DNA of 64,000 nucleotides from Tagaea sp. (GCA_965279525.1 CBDIIB010000004.1:1296736-1360735), one strand, 5' to 3'. Shown: positions 29,478 through 38,161, counted from the first letter of the stretch. Notes: generated by a model from the sequence alone, not told the origin. Numbers and translations are program-made.

Positions 29478-30503
29478 TTATGTACTTGACGGCAATGGTG
29501 CCAGAGGATCGACGAGACCGTCTGCCGACAGATCTTGCCAGAACGCAGGCGGAATCCGTGCCGAACATGCGGCCAAGGCAATTCCGACTTCTTCCGGTGA
29601 CCGGTAGCCGGCAGCGACGCTCGCGACCGCCGGGTGGGCAAGCGGGAACTGCGTCGCGGCCGCCTGAAGCGAGATGCCGTGCCGGGCGCAGTGCACTTCG
29701 ATCCGGCGGACCCGATCGAGAATTTCGGGAGGTGCATCCGCATACCAGTATTTGGCGCCTGGAACCGCGCCGGTCGCGAGAATTCCAGAATTATACGGAG
29801 CAGCCAGAAGGATCGATATCTGCTTCGACGTGCAGATCGGCAAAAGCTTTGGCAATGCCGTGGTATCCAGCAGCGTGTAGCGGCCGGCAAGCATGAAACA
29901 GTCGAAGTCTCCGTCGTTCGCGTACCGGATGAGCGTGTCGACATCGTTGATGCCCACGCCGATCGCGCCGATCGTACCGGCCGCGCGCAAATCGGACAGG
30001 GCGCGAAATGCGCCATCGATCGACTGGCGATAGGATTCTTCGAACCGGTCGCCGCGCCATTTGGCAGTAACGTCATGGATCAGCACGATATCGATGCGCG
30101 CCATGCCGAGCCGCTGGTAACTGTCCTCGATCGAACGCATCGCGCCGTCGTACGAGTAGTCGTACTCGATATCGAAGGGCAGCGTCTTCGTGAATGGCCC
30201 GGGCGAGCGCCCGAGATCCGTCCGCGGCCTCAGGCGTCGCCCCACTTTCGTCGACAGGACGAAGCCATCGCGTGGATGGCTCCGCAGCGCTTCACCAAGG
30301 CGATGTTCCGACAGGCCATGTCCGTAGAACGGTGCCGTATCGAAATACGTGATCCCGGCGGCACGTGCCGCATCCACGGCCGCGCGCGTCGCCGAGTCCG
30401 GAACATCGGCAAGCAGGTTGCCGAATGGTGCGGCCCCGAACCCGAGTTGTGAAACCTCGATCGCGGTTCGACCGATCCGGCGACGGCCGGCGGGACTGGT
30501 CAT
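29478..30503 (-). CDS. Aldo/keto reductase, D-threo-aldose 1-dehydrogenase-like
   Basis: FDTAPFYG, LSTKVG, IHD, AGRYTLL. Confidence 0.9.
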   Translation of the reverse strand: MTSPAGRRRIGRTAIEVSQLGFGAAPFGNLLADVPDSATRAAVDAARAAGITYFDTAPFYGHGLSEHRLGEALRSHPRDGFVLSTKVGRRLRPRTDLGRSPGPFTKTLPFDIEYDYSYDGAMRSIEDSYQRLGMARIDIVLIHDVTAKWRGDRFEESYRQSIDGAFRALSDLRAAGTIGAIGVGINDVDTLIRYANDGDFDCFMLAGRYTLLDTTALPKLLPICTSKQISILLAAPYNSGILATGAVPGAKYWYADAPPEILDRVRRIEVHCARHGISLQAAATQFPLAHPAVASVAAGYRSPEEVGIALAACSARIPPAFWQDLSADGLVDPLAPLPSST

Positions 30504-30808
30504 CGTGCGCTTCCCTCTCGCTTGCGGGCGCGATTGCTCGCGATGTTGTGAACATGGACGTGCTGGCCCGCAGCGATATCGACCGAAGCCGATGCGATCG
30601 ACTCGCCATACTTGTGGACATGCGCGCCCGCCGAAATGGGACGGCGTGCGATCTTGTGGCCAAGGGCGACCATGTCCGTCGCCATAACGGTTTCAAGAAT
30701 ACCGTCGACACGGATACGTACTGAGGTACCTGCAACGACATCACGTAACAGCACGGCCACGTCGTCGCGCGGGTCGATCACGATCGCATCCCAGCCCGAA
30801 ACCGTCAT
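30500..30808 (-). CDS. UxaA/SuyA-type SAF-domain small subunit
   Basis: DDVAV..GHKIA..KYGE.I..I.AGQHVHVHN signature. Confidence 0.88.
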   Translation of the reverse strand: MTVSGWDAIVIDPRDDVAVLLRDVVAGTSVRIRVDGILETVMATDMVALGHKIARRPISAGAHVHKYGESIASASVDIAAGQHVHVHNIASNRARKREGSAR

Positions 30809-31701
30809 TTTGCCGTCCGGACCTGGATGCCTGCCTTGTCCTCGCGCATCTTCAGCAGGACACCGACATCGTTCGCGCCCATGCCCCGGTCGATGCCGTC
30901 CTGGCAGGCCGCGAGCGTCGCCTTGCCGATGGGCGCATCGAGCCCCATCGCATCGATCATCTGGAGCGCGATCCGGCAATCCTTGTGGGCAAGGCGCAGC
31001 ATGAAGCCCGGTGCAAAATCGCCTTTCAGTGGCCGGATGGGGAAGGCAACCGCAAGCTGGCTGTTCCAGGCCATCGTCTTCTGCATCACGGCGGTCATCG
31101 TCTCGAGCGTGAGGCCCGCCTTGATACCGGCAGCAAGGACCTCGGCATTGGCCGCGACGAGGGTCGTCGCGAGAAGGTTGTTTGTCGCCTTCATCGCATG
31201 GCCATTTCCAAGGCCGCCACACGTGAAGAAATCGGTTCCCATGCAGTCGAGGATCGGGCGAACCCGCGCCACAGCCGCAGGATCGCCGCCGACCATCAGC
31301 GTCAATGTTCCGGAAACGGCGTGCTCCGCCGTCTTTCCGACAGGACTGTCGACCATGTGGCAGCCCTTCGCGGCAAGTGCGGCTCCGATCTTGCGCGTCG
31401 TGCCGGGGGCGCTGGTGCTCATGTCGATCATCGTGCTGCCGGCTCTCAGGCCTTCGATCACGCCGCCGGGGCCAAGCGCGACACGCTCGACGTCCGGGGC
31501 ATCTGGCAGCATCGTGATGACGACGTCGCTCGCTGCGGCGACGGCTGCGGGCGAAGATGCCGCCTTTGCACCCTGGGCCACCAATCGAGCAACAGCGCCG
31601 GCATCGACGTCGAAGACTGTCAGCGTGTTGCCCTTTTTGAGAACGTTCGCAGCCATCGGGCCGCCCATTATCCCCAATCCGATGAATCCCACTGCCGCCA
31701 T
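30805..31701 (-). CDS. NAD-dependent beta-hydroxyacid dehydrogenase, sulfolactaldehyde reductase (YihU)-like
   Basis: GFIGLGIMG, DSPVGKT..A..GTL, KATNN, FMLRLAHKD. Confidence 0.88.
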   Translation of the reverse strand: MAAVGFIGLGIMGGPMAANVLKKGNTLTVFDVDAGAVARLVAQGAKAASSPAAVAAASDVVITMLPDAPDVERVALGPGGVIEGLRAGSTMIDMSTSAPGTTRKIGAALAAKGCHMVDSPVGKTAEHAVSGTLTLMVGGDPAAVARVRPILDCMGTDFFTCGGLGNGHAMKATNNLLATTLVAANAEVLAAGIKAGLTLETMTAVMQKTMAWNSQLAVAFPIRPLKGDFAPGFMLRLAHKDCRIALQMIDAMGLDAPIGKATLAACQDGIDRGMGANDVGVLLKMREDKAGIQVRTAK

Positions 31702-31711
31702 TTTTCCCTCC

Positions 31712-32884
31712 CTACATCGATCCGCCAGCGCGATAGAACGCCTCAGCGCCTTCACCGTGAACTTCGCCCCATGTCGAGGCGCCCGACGCGATTGCAAGTA
31801 CGAGGTCGAACAGGCGCGCACCTGCCGAAGCGATATCTTCACGCCCTTCGAATACCGGGCTGGCGTCAAAATCGATCTGGTCGACCAAGCGCCCGGCCGT
31901 ATCGGGCCGTCCGGTGATCTTGATCGTCGGCGCGATCGAGTTGCAGAAGCTGTTGCCGGCACCAGTCGTGAAAAGCATCAAGTTGGCACCGGAAGCCGCG
32001 AAGCCGGTCAGCGATTCAGGCGAGAAGCTGGGTCCGTCCATCAGATAAAGCCCCGACTCGGATGGCTCCTCGGCAACGGCGAGGACACCGCGTATCGGCC
32101 GGGTGCCGGTCTTGGCGATGGCGCCAAGCGACTTTTCCTCGATCGACGACAGACCACCGCGAATGTTCTCGGCACCGGGATTGTTCCCGGTCAGATCATG
32201 TCCGCCCGCCGCCACTTCAGCTTCGCGCCGCAGGACGACGGCAACGATGGCCGCCGCTGTCGTCGCGTCGACCGCGCGGCGCGACACGATATGCTCGGCG
32301 CCGAGCCATTCGACCGTCTCGCCCACGACCGCCGTTCCGCCCGCATCCACGACCCGATCGACACAGTTTCCCGCCACGGGATTGGCGACCAGGCCCGATG
32401 TAGCGTCGGAATGACCGCATTCCACGCCGAGGAAGAGTGACGAAGCAGCCTGTGGTGTCCGGACAAGGCGGGAGGCCGCGTGGACAAGTTCGGCAGCAAT
32501 CCGGATGCCCTGCGCACTTGCTTCGACAGCATCCTCATGCGTGTCGTCGAGTGCCACGAAACGCACCGGCTTGCCGGTTGACGCGACGGCGGCCACGACC
32601 TGATCGACCGATATCCGGTCCGCTCCGACCACCAGCACGGCAGCGATGTTCGGATTGCGACACAATCCGACAAGTTGAGCGCGATGGAGTGTCCTGTCGG
32701 CGCCATAGTGGCCGCGACCATAAGGGGTCGCGACGAGTAGCGTGCCTGGAACGGCGCTGGCAATCCGCTCGGCCACGCGGGTCACGAGGCCGAGGATGGA
32801 AACGACAAGAACGCGATTGCGAGTTCCCGCACGACCATCGGAACGCAGATATCCCATGAATGTCGGTCGACCGCCGGCTGGCAA
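31712..32884 (-). CDS. UxaA/GarD/SuyB-family hydro-lyase large subunit (divergent)
   Basis: GYLRSDGRAGTRN, ECGHSD.SG, GGLSSIEEKSLGA, FTTG.G; TTG start. Confidence 0.88.
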   Translation of the reverse strand: MPAGGRPTFMGYLRSDGRAGTRNRVLVVSILGLVTRVAERIASAVPGTLLVATPYGRGHYGADRTLHRAQLVGLCRNPNIAAVLVVGADRISVDQVVAAVASTGKPVRFVALDDTHEDAVEASAQGIRIAAELVHAASRLVRTPQAASSLFLGVECGHSDATSGLVANPVAGNCVDRVVDAGGTAVVGETVEWLGAEHIVSRRAVDATTAAAIVAVVLRREAEVAAGGHDLTGNNPGAENIRGGLSSIEEKSLGAIAKTGTRPIRGVLAVAEEPSESGLYLMDGPSFSPESLTGFAASGANLMLFTTGAGNSFCNSIAPTIKITGRPDTAGRLVDQIDFDASPVFEGREDIASAGARLFDLVLAIASGASTWGEVHGEGAEAFYRAGGSM

Positions 32885-32944
32885 GGCTTTCCCCCGATGC
32901 GGGACGGTCCGATGGCCGTCCGCGTTGCATCTTGAATTTGACCG

Positions 32945-32960
32945 ATGTTAACGCATACAT
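32945..32960. promoter_or_regulatory. LacI/GntR-like operator ATGTTAACGCATACAT
   Basis: Third copy, directly upstream of the divergent LacI gene. Confidence 0.7.
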
Positions 32961-32980
32961 TTGCATGAGCAACAAGAATA

Positions 32981-34027
32981 TTGGGGGAAGCTGTCCTGCG
33001 ATCCAAGAACATCCGTCGCTCGCGCCAGCAGGCACGATCGCGCCTGGAAGACGTCGCGCGGCATGCCGGTGTCTCGAAGATGACGGTCGTGCGCGTCCTG
33101 CGCGAGGCGCACAAGGTTGCCCCCGCGACACAGGCGCGTGTCACCGCCGCTCTGGACGCGACAAAATATTCGCCTGACCTCGTCGCGCGCGCCCTGGTCT
33201 CGCGCCGCTCAGGTGTCGTTGGTGCGATCGTGCCGACCCTGTCGAACTCGTTGATAGCCGATGTGATCCAAGGCATGTCCGAGGAACTGGAACGCGATGG
33301 CCGTCAGTTGATGGTCGGTGCGTCAGGTTTTTCGGCAACCGCCGAAGAAGCGCTGGTCCGGAGCTTCCTGTCTCGGCGAGTCGATGCGCTCTATCTGACA
33401 GGCACCAGTCACACATCCGCGACGTTGCGATTGCTCGCCGCGGCGGGAGTTCCCGTTGTCGAAGGCGGGAACATCCCGTCAAATCCCATCGACCTTGTCG
33501 TCGGCGTCTCCAACATCGATGCGGCTGCTTCGGTCGTGGCGCATCTGATCGGACGCTATGGACGGAGTGTCGGATTCGCGGGTGGCTCCCCGATCGACAA
33601 CGACCGGATGCGCGACAGGCGCGCCGGGTACGAGCTTGCGCTGCGAAGGGCCGGCATGCGTGCACCACCGGCTTTCAAGGTCGAGGTGCCGATCTCCATG
33701 GGCGGCGGGCGGGAAGCACTCGGGCGACTGCTTGCGTTGCCGGACCGTCCGCGAGCGATGTTCTGTGCGACGGACGTCATCGCCGCTGGCGCCATCCAGG
33801 AATGCCTGCGACGCGGATTGCGCTTGCCGGACGACATTGCGATCGCGGGGTACGACGATCTGGACATCGCGAGGGAGCTTGTCCCTGCCCTCACGACCGT
33901 ACGCGTGCCCCGCTACGAGATCGGCCGCCAAGCCGCGCGCCTGTTCCAGCTCAGCCTGACAGGTCGCAGGCCACGCCAAGCGGTTCTCGACATCGGTTAT
34001 GAACTTGTCGTGCGCGAAAGCGCCTGA
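32981..34027 (+). CDS. LacI-family regulator (E. coli GntR-like)
   Basis: LEDVARHAGVSKMTVVRVL HTH; GYDD..PALTT; start uncertain. Confidence 0.92.
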   Translation: MGEAVLRSKNIRRSRQQARSRLEDVARHAGVSKMTVVRVLREAHKVAPATQARVTAALDATKYSPDLVARALVSRRSGVVGAIVPTLSNSLIADVIQGMSEELERDGRQLMVGASGFSATAEEALVRSFLSRRVDALYLTGTSHTSATLRLLAAAGVPVVEGGNIPSNPIDLVVGVSNIDAAASVVAHLIGRYGRSVGFAGGSPIDNDRMRDRRAGYELALRRAGMRAPPAFKVEVPISMGGGREALGRLLALPDRPRAMFCATDVIAAGAIQECLRRGLRLPDDIAIAGYDDLDIARELVPALTTVRVPRYEIGRQAARLFQLSLTGRRPRQAVLDIGYELVVRESA

Positions 34028-34044
34028 AGGAAGGAAACCCGCCA

Positions 34045-34794
34045 ATGCAGAGATCCGTGATCGTTACCGGCGCCAGCCGCGGCATCGGCGCCGCCACAGC
34101 AATCCTCGCCGCCCGCGACGGCTGGCAAGTCTGCGTGAATTATCGCAGCCACGCAGACGAAGCCGAAGCAACGCTTCGGGCGGTACGTGCATATGGCGTC
34201 GAAGCGATTTCGGTGAAGGCGGACGTCGCCGACGAAAGTCAGCTCGTTGCAATGTTCGAGCGCTGCGACCGGGAGCTGGCCCCGCTCGGCGGACTGGTCA
34301 ACAACGCGGGCTACCTTGGCGGCGAAAGCGACATCGAAGACTTCGATCCGGTCGCCATGCGGCAGCTGTGGGATGTGAACGTCGTCGCCTACTTCATCTG
34401 CGCGCGCGAGGCCGTCAAGCGGATGTCGACCAAGCGTGGCGGCAAGGGTGGCTCGATCGTAAATGTCTCGTCGATGTCGGCCGACAGCGGCGGCATCGGG
34501 CCGCGCATCCACTATGCGACGACGAACGGCGCTCGGCGCACCTTCACATTCGGCCTTGCAAAGCAGTCCGGGCCGAAGGGCATCCGGGTCAACGGCGTCA
34601 TGCCGGGCGTGATCGACACGCATTTCAACGATGACTTCGACAACGAGGGACGAAATGCCCGGCTGGGGCCGAGCATCCCGGTTGGCCGGGTCGGCGTGGG
34701 CACAGATGTCGCGGAAATGATCGTGTGGCTGCTATCGGAGAATGCTGCGTTCGTCAGTGGCGCGGTCATTCCCGTCAATGGCGCTCACTTCTGA
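34045..34794 (+). CDS. SDR-family oxidoreductase with atypical YATTN active-site motif
   Basis: TGASRGIG, NNAG, VSS, YATTN, PG.IDT. Confidence 0.88.
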   Translation: MQRSVIVTGASRGIGAATAILAARDGWQVCVNYRSHADEAEATLRAVRAYGVEAISVKADVADESQLVAMFERCDRELAPLGGLVNNAGYLGGESDIEDFDPVAMRQLWDVNVVAYFICAREAVKRMSTKRGGKGGSIVNVSSMSADSGGIGPRIHYATTNGARRTFTFGLAKQSGPKGIRVNGVMPGVIDTHFNDDFDNEGRNARLGPSIPVGRVGVGTDVAEMIVWLLSENAAFVSGAVIPVNGAHF

Positions 34795-35746
34795 CACCGG
34801 TAAGTCGGTAGACACGCGCCGCCGTCCCGCCGAAGACGGCGGCGCGCCCGCCCGGCGGGATGTCAGCGAGGATTCGGGATAGGATGTCGATCTGCCGCAT
34901 CGCGGTGCACATCAGACCCTCGATCGGAAGATTGCTGCCCCACATGCAACGCTCCGGGCCAAACGCCTCGACTGCGAAGCGGACCGGATCGCGCAGCCGT
35001 TCGAAGTTCCAGTCTCGGGCGATCGTCCATAGACCCGATATTTTCACGAAGACATTCTGAAAGCCGGCATTCAGCCTTATTCCGCTGCGCCAAACGTCCA
35101 TCACACCGGGTATCTCCGGCTGGAGCGTGGCAAGATGATTTATGATGATCGTCAGCTGCGGAAACTTCGCGGCGAGTTCGGCCATTTCCGGAAGCTGTTC
35201 GGGCAGAAGGATCACCTCCAGGATGCAGCCGCGGCGCGCGATTTCGGCGATGCCTTCGCGAAAGCCGGATGCCTTGGATATCTCCGGGCCCCGTGCGAAT
35301 TTCCACGGCGAATCCGCTCTCCAGGCGATGCCCGTGCGCACGCCCCTGGCGCCGGGGTAGGCAAGAATCGCGCCTAGGTCGCGCGTGATCGACGATGATG
35401 CTGGATCGATATGGGCGATGCTCGCGTTCGGAACGCCATGCGAGACGCGTAAGTCCTCGAGCCAAGCCGTTTCGGCTGCAGGGTCGATCGCCCCGGGTGC
35501 GGCCTCCACATGCACGCTCGCCGCTATGCCGATACCGAGCGTGTCACGGCGGTAGTCGTCCGGCAGATAGTCGCGCTTGATCGGCGCATGGTCCCCGAAC
35601 GGTCGCGGTGGCGCTTCCGGTCGCAGCCACGGATAGGGGAGTTTGGCCAGATCCCACAAATGATGGTGCGCGTCGACGATCCCGACGACAGGCCGGGTCT
35701 CGGTCGTGGCGGAAGAATTCGTGACCAGATCAACTTCGACCGGCAT
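34775..35746 (-). CDS. Amidohydrolase_2 (COG3618-like) lactonase-type hydrolase
   Basis: VDAHHHLW, SVHVEA, INH, KISGL, WGSNLP. Confidence 0.85.
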   Translation of the reverse strand: MPVEVDLVTNSSATTETRPVVGIVDAHHHLWDLAKLPYPWLRPEAPPRPFGDHAPIKRDYLPDDYRRDTLGIGIAASVHVEAAPGAIDPAAETAWLEDLRVSHGVPNASIAHIDPASSSITRDLGAILAYPGARGVRTGIAWRADSPWKFARGPEISKASGFREGIAEIARRGCILEVILLPEQLPEMAELAAKFPQLTIIINHLATLQPEIPGVMDVWRSGIRLNAGFQNVFVKISGLWTIARDWNFERLRDPVRFAVEAFGPERCMWGSNLPIEGLMCTAMRQIDILSRILADIPPGGRAAVFGGTAARVYRLTGVRSERH

Positions 35747-35765
35747 AGAATCTCTCGCGACCTGC

Positions 35766-36707
35766 TTAGCTGCAGGCCGCGCCTCCAAGCACGCAGAACT
35801 TCGCACAATGGCGGTGGTTGAGTGGCACCGGGCCTGCAGCGCCCGCGAGGGTCGGGCCGAGATCAAACGCCGCCTCATACGGCAACAGCGTGCAGGCGAT
35901 CACGCTCGCGTGCTCCGCCCCCTTGCGATGCACGACCATGCGCGAGGACGCGCACATCACATCGTTCGGCGATTTGTCGAGAATTCCCCAGCAAGCCTCG
36001 CTGATCTCGGGAACGTCGGCGGTCGCGTCCATCTCCGGGAAGATAACCAAAGCATGTGGGTCGGATGCGTCGACGGGGATGCCATCGTCCGCAAAAAGTG
36101 CCGCAAACCCGCGACGCAGCGCAGCCTCGTTGTCCGGCCCGACGAGACGCGCGGCGACGGCGATGCTTGCGCCGGTACCGGCGAGCCACTTCAGGCCTTC
36201 GACCGCCGGAGCCCACGTATCGGCGCCCCGGACCGCCTCGTGCGGTCCGCGTGAAAAATGGTCGAGCGAGACCCGCAGTGTGAGCCGGTCCGGATAGGCG
36301 GCGATCAAAGCCGCGATGTCGGCGCGCCGGTTCAGCATCGGCTTCATCGCGTTGGTGAGGACCAGCACGCGCATCCCCGTGGCCAGCGCATCCGCTAGCA
36401 TGCCGACGATATCAGGGTTCATGAACGGCTCGCCGCCCGTGAAGCCGATCTCAACCAGGGCCGGCGACAGCGCCTGCGCTTCGGCGACGAATCGCGCGGC
36501 TTCGTCCCGACCCAGATAGGCAAGCCGGTCGTTGCGCGGCGAGGATTCGATATAGCAGTTCGTGCAGGCGATATTGCACAGCGTGCCGGTATTGAGCCAG
36601 AGCGTGCGCAGCGCCAAGAGCCGGACCGCCGCCCGCTTCTGGCCCGTCAGAGTGACCTGCGGGTCGATGAACTTCCCGGTCTGCTGCAAAATGGCCTCGG
36701 CTTCCAT
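35766..36707 (-). CDS. Radical SAM protein, ArsS-like with Cys-rich C-terminus
   Basis: CNIACTNC motif, TGGEP, LTNA, SLD; C-terminal VMC..ACTLL..HCAKFCVLGGAACS. Confidence 0.9.
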   Translation of the reverse strand: MEAEAILQQTGKFIDPQVTLTGQKRAAVRLLALRTLWLNTGTLCNIACTNCYIESSPRNDRLAYLGRDEAARFVAEAQALSPALVEIGFTGGEPFMNPDIVGMLADALATGMRVLVLTNAMKPMLNRRADIAALIAAYPDRLTLRVSLDHFSRGPHEAVRGADTWAPAVEGLKWLAGTGASIAVAARLVGPDNEAALRRGFAALFADDGIPVDASDPHALVIFPEMDATADVPEISEACWGILDKSPNDVMCASSRMVVHRKGAEHASVIACTLLPYEAAFDLGPTLAGAAGPVPLNHRHCAKFCVLGGAACS

Positions 36708-36717
36708 GGTCCTGCCC

Positions 36718-37347
36718 TTACGCTCCTGGTTCGGGCCGTCGGGCACATTGGTTTCGGCCGGCACGTCGCTGCCATGAAATATAGTCCGCCCGGTCGTCGA
36801 TGTCGTTCAGAACCGGTCCCAGTGCGACGGTCCGGAAACGGAGATTTGCTAGACAGTCGCCGAGCGCATGCGGGCCCGACCATCTGACGCCGGCGAACGC
36901 ACGACCGACAAGGCGGCCGCTGCGGAAGCCGACCGCCCAGAAGCCGCCATCGGTTGCCGGGCCGAAAACCGCGGCATGCGTACCAAGCAGGGCAAATGCC
37001 GCATGCAGCTGAAACTGCATCATTTCCGGGATGTCGCATCCGACGAGAAGCACTGGCCCTCGATGGCGGCCAAGTGCCCTGCCCATCCGCATGCCGAGAT
37101 CGCCACGCCCCTGCGGTACGAGACCGGCGCCGGCGGGCAGCATCCATATCCGCCGATTGCGTGCCGCTCGGTCTGGCGTCACGCAGATTTCAATGCGCCA
37201 GGGTCCGTGCGCGACGATCCGGCAAGTCCGAGCCAGGGTGGCCCGGTGGAAAGCGAGCGCTGCCGCATCGCCGATGCCGGAAGCCAGACGCGTTTTGACC
37301 CGGCCGAGGACAGGCAGGCGCGCGAACACAACGACTGTCGGTCTCAT
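36718..37347 (-). CDS. DUF2064/TIGR04282-type CofC-like transferase
   Basis: FAR.P..GRVKTRL, QGRGDLG.RM, VGCDIP, GPATDGGFW, DIDD. Confidence 0.88.
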   Translation of the reverse strand: MRPTVVVFARLPVLGRVKTRLASGIGDAAALAFHRATLARTCRIVAHGPWRIEICVTPDRAARNRRIWMLPAGAGLVPQGRGDLGMRMGRALGRHRGPVLLVGCDIPEMMQFQLHAAFALLGTHAAVFGPATDGGFWAVGFRSGRLVGRAFAGVRWSGPHALGDCLANLRFRTVALGPVLNDIDDRADYISWQRRAGRNQCARRPEPGA

Positions 37348-38057
37348 CGGCGTCCCCGATAGAGGCCGGCAAGCCTGTCGGGCGACATGCCCGCGAACCA
37401 GAGGGCCAGGCACGCGAGGTTTCGTGCCGGTCGAAGCCACCAGCCATCACGACGGTATCGGTCGGCGGATGTCGTCGCGACGGCGTCCAATCCGACCAGA
37501 CGCGCACGCCCGATCCGCCGGACGAGATCGACATCCTCCATCAGCAGAACAGGCCGGAAGCCGCCCGTCGAGCGATAGAGCGCCGCCGGAACGAGTAGAC
37601 CCTGGTCGCCATAGGGAAGCCCGAAATGCCGCGCACGCCAGTTCGCGAGCCGCGCCACGCGCGCGGCCCGCCTGTCGGGATCGTCGAAGGCAAGCCTGAA
37701 ATATGCGGCGTGGCCGTGCGCGGGCGTCCCTTCGACGAACGCGCGTGCGGCGCACATCCAACCTGCTTCAAGCCGCGTGTCGGAATGAACGAAAAGCAGC
37801 CATGCAGCACCCTGGGCGAGCGCTTCCTCGGCACCGGCGACGAGTTGCGCCCCCCGTCCGCGGGGTGACATCACCACGACCGCACCGGCGTCCCGGGCGA
37901 TCGCGACAGACGCGTCCGATGATCCGCCATCAGCGACGATCATTCGTCCGGCGGGCATTTTCAACGCTGCGAGGGAAGCACCAAGACCTGCCGCCGCGTC
38001 GAATGTCGGAAGGATCGCCCACAGGCCGTGACGCAGGAGTGCCGACATATCGTCCAT
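37344..38057 (-). CDS. TIGR04283-type GT2-like glycosyltransferase
   Basis: VADGGSSD, GRGAQL..GA, FVHSD, PYGDQG, LMEDV, TSA.RY. Confidence 0.9.
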   Translation of the reverse strand: MDDMSALLRHGLWAILPTFDAAAGLGASLAALKMPAGRMIVADGGSSDASVAIARDAGAVVVMSPRGRGAQLVAGAEEALAQGAAWLLFVHSDTRLEAGWMCAARAFVEGTPAHGHAAYFRLAFDDPDRRAARVARLANWRARHFGLPYGDQGLLVPAALYRSTGGFRPVLLMEDVDLVRRIGRARLVGLDAVATTSADRYRRDGWWLRPARNLACLALWFAGMSPDRLAGLYRGRR

Positions 38058-38102
38058 GACGGAGCGTCACCCGACCCGGCCACCAACCGCAAGGAGAAGG
38101 AA

Positions 38103-38141
38103 TGTTCGGATCAGTAGGGCTCGATCCTGCGACCCGCCGAT
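38103..38141 (-). repeat. Degenerate direct repeat of the tRNA-Lys 3' half (att-site remnant)
   Basis: 38114-38141 matches 45452-45479 at 25/28 nt; 31/39 when extended to the CCA end. Confidence 0.8.
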
Positions 38142-38161
38142 GGGCGGCATCCGGATGTGCG

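Noticed and set aside
28121-30076. 651-aa version of the second SBP, and similar N-terminal extensions (6160, 42149, 47799, 56659)
   Set aside because: Extensions overlap neighbouring genes; RBS and signal peptides place the starts internally.
34815-34846. Perfect 12-bp hairpin just after the SDR stop
   Set aside because: Lies within amidohydrolase codons (RAAVFGGTAAR) with no U-tract; may be chance.
35766-36707. Radical SAM gene as the sulfatase maturase (anSME)
   Set aside because: Lacks SPASM-type Cys spacing and sits with TIGR04282/04283-type genes.
38103-38141. Second tRNA gene
   Set aside because: Only the 3' half is present, with altered T-loop and acceptor stem; treated as an att remnant.
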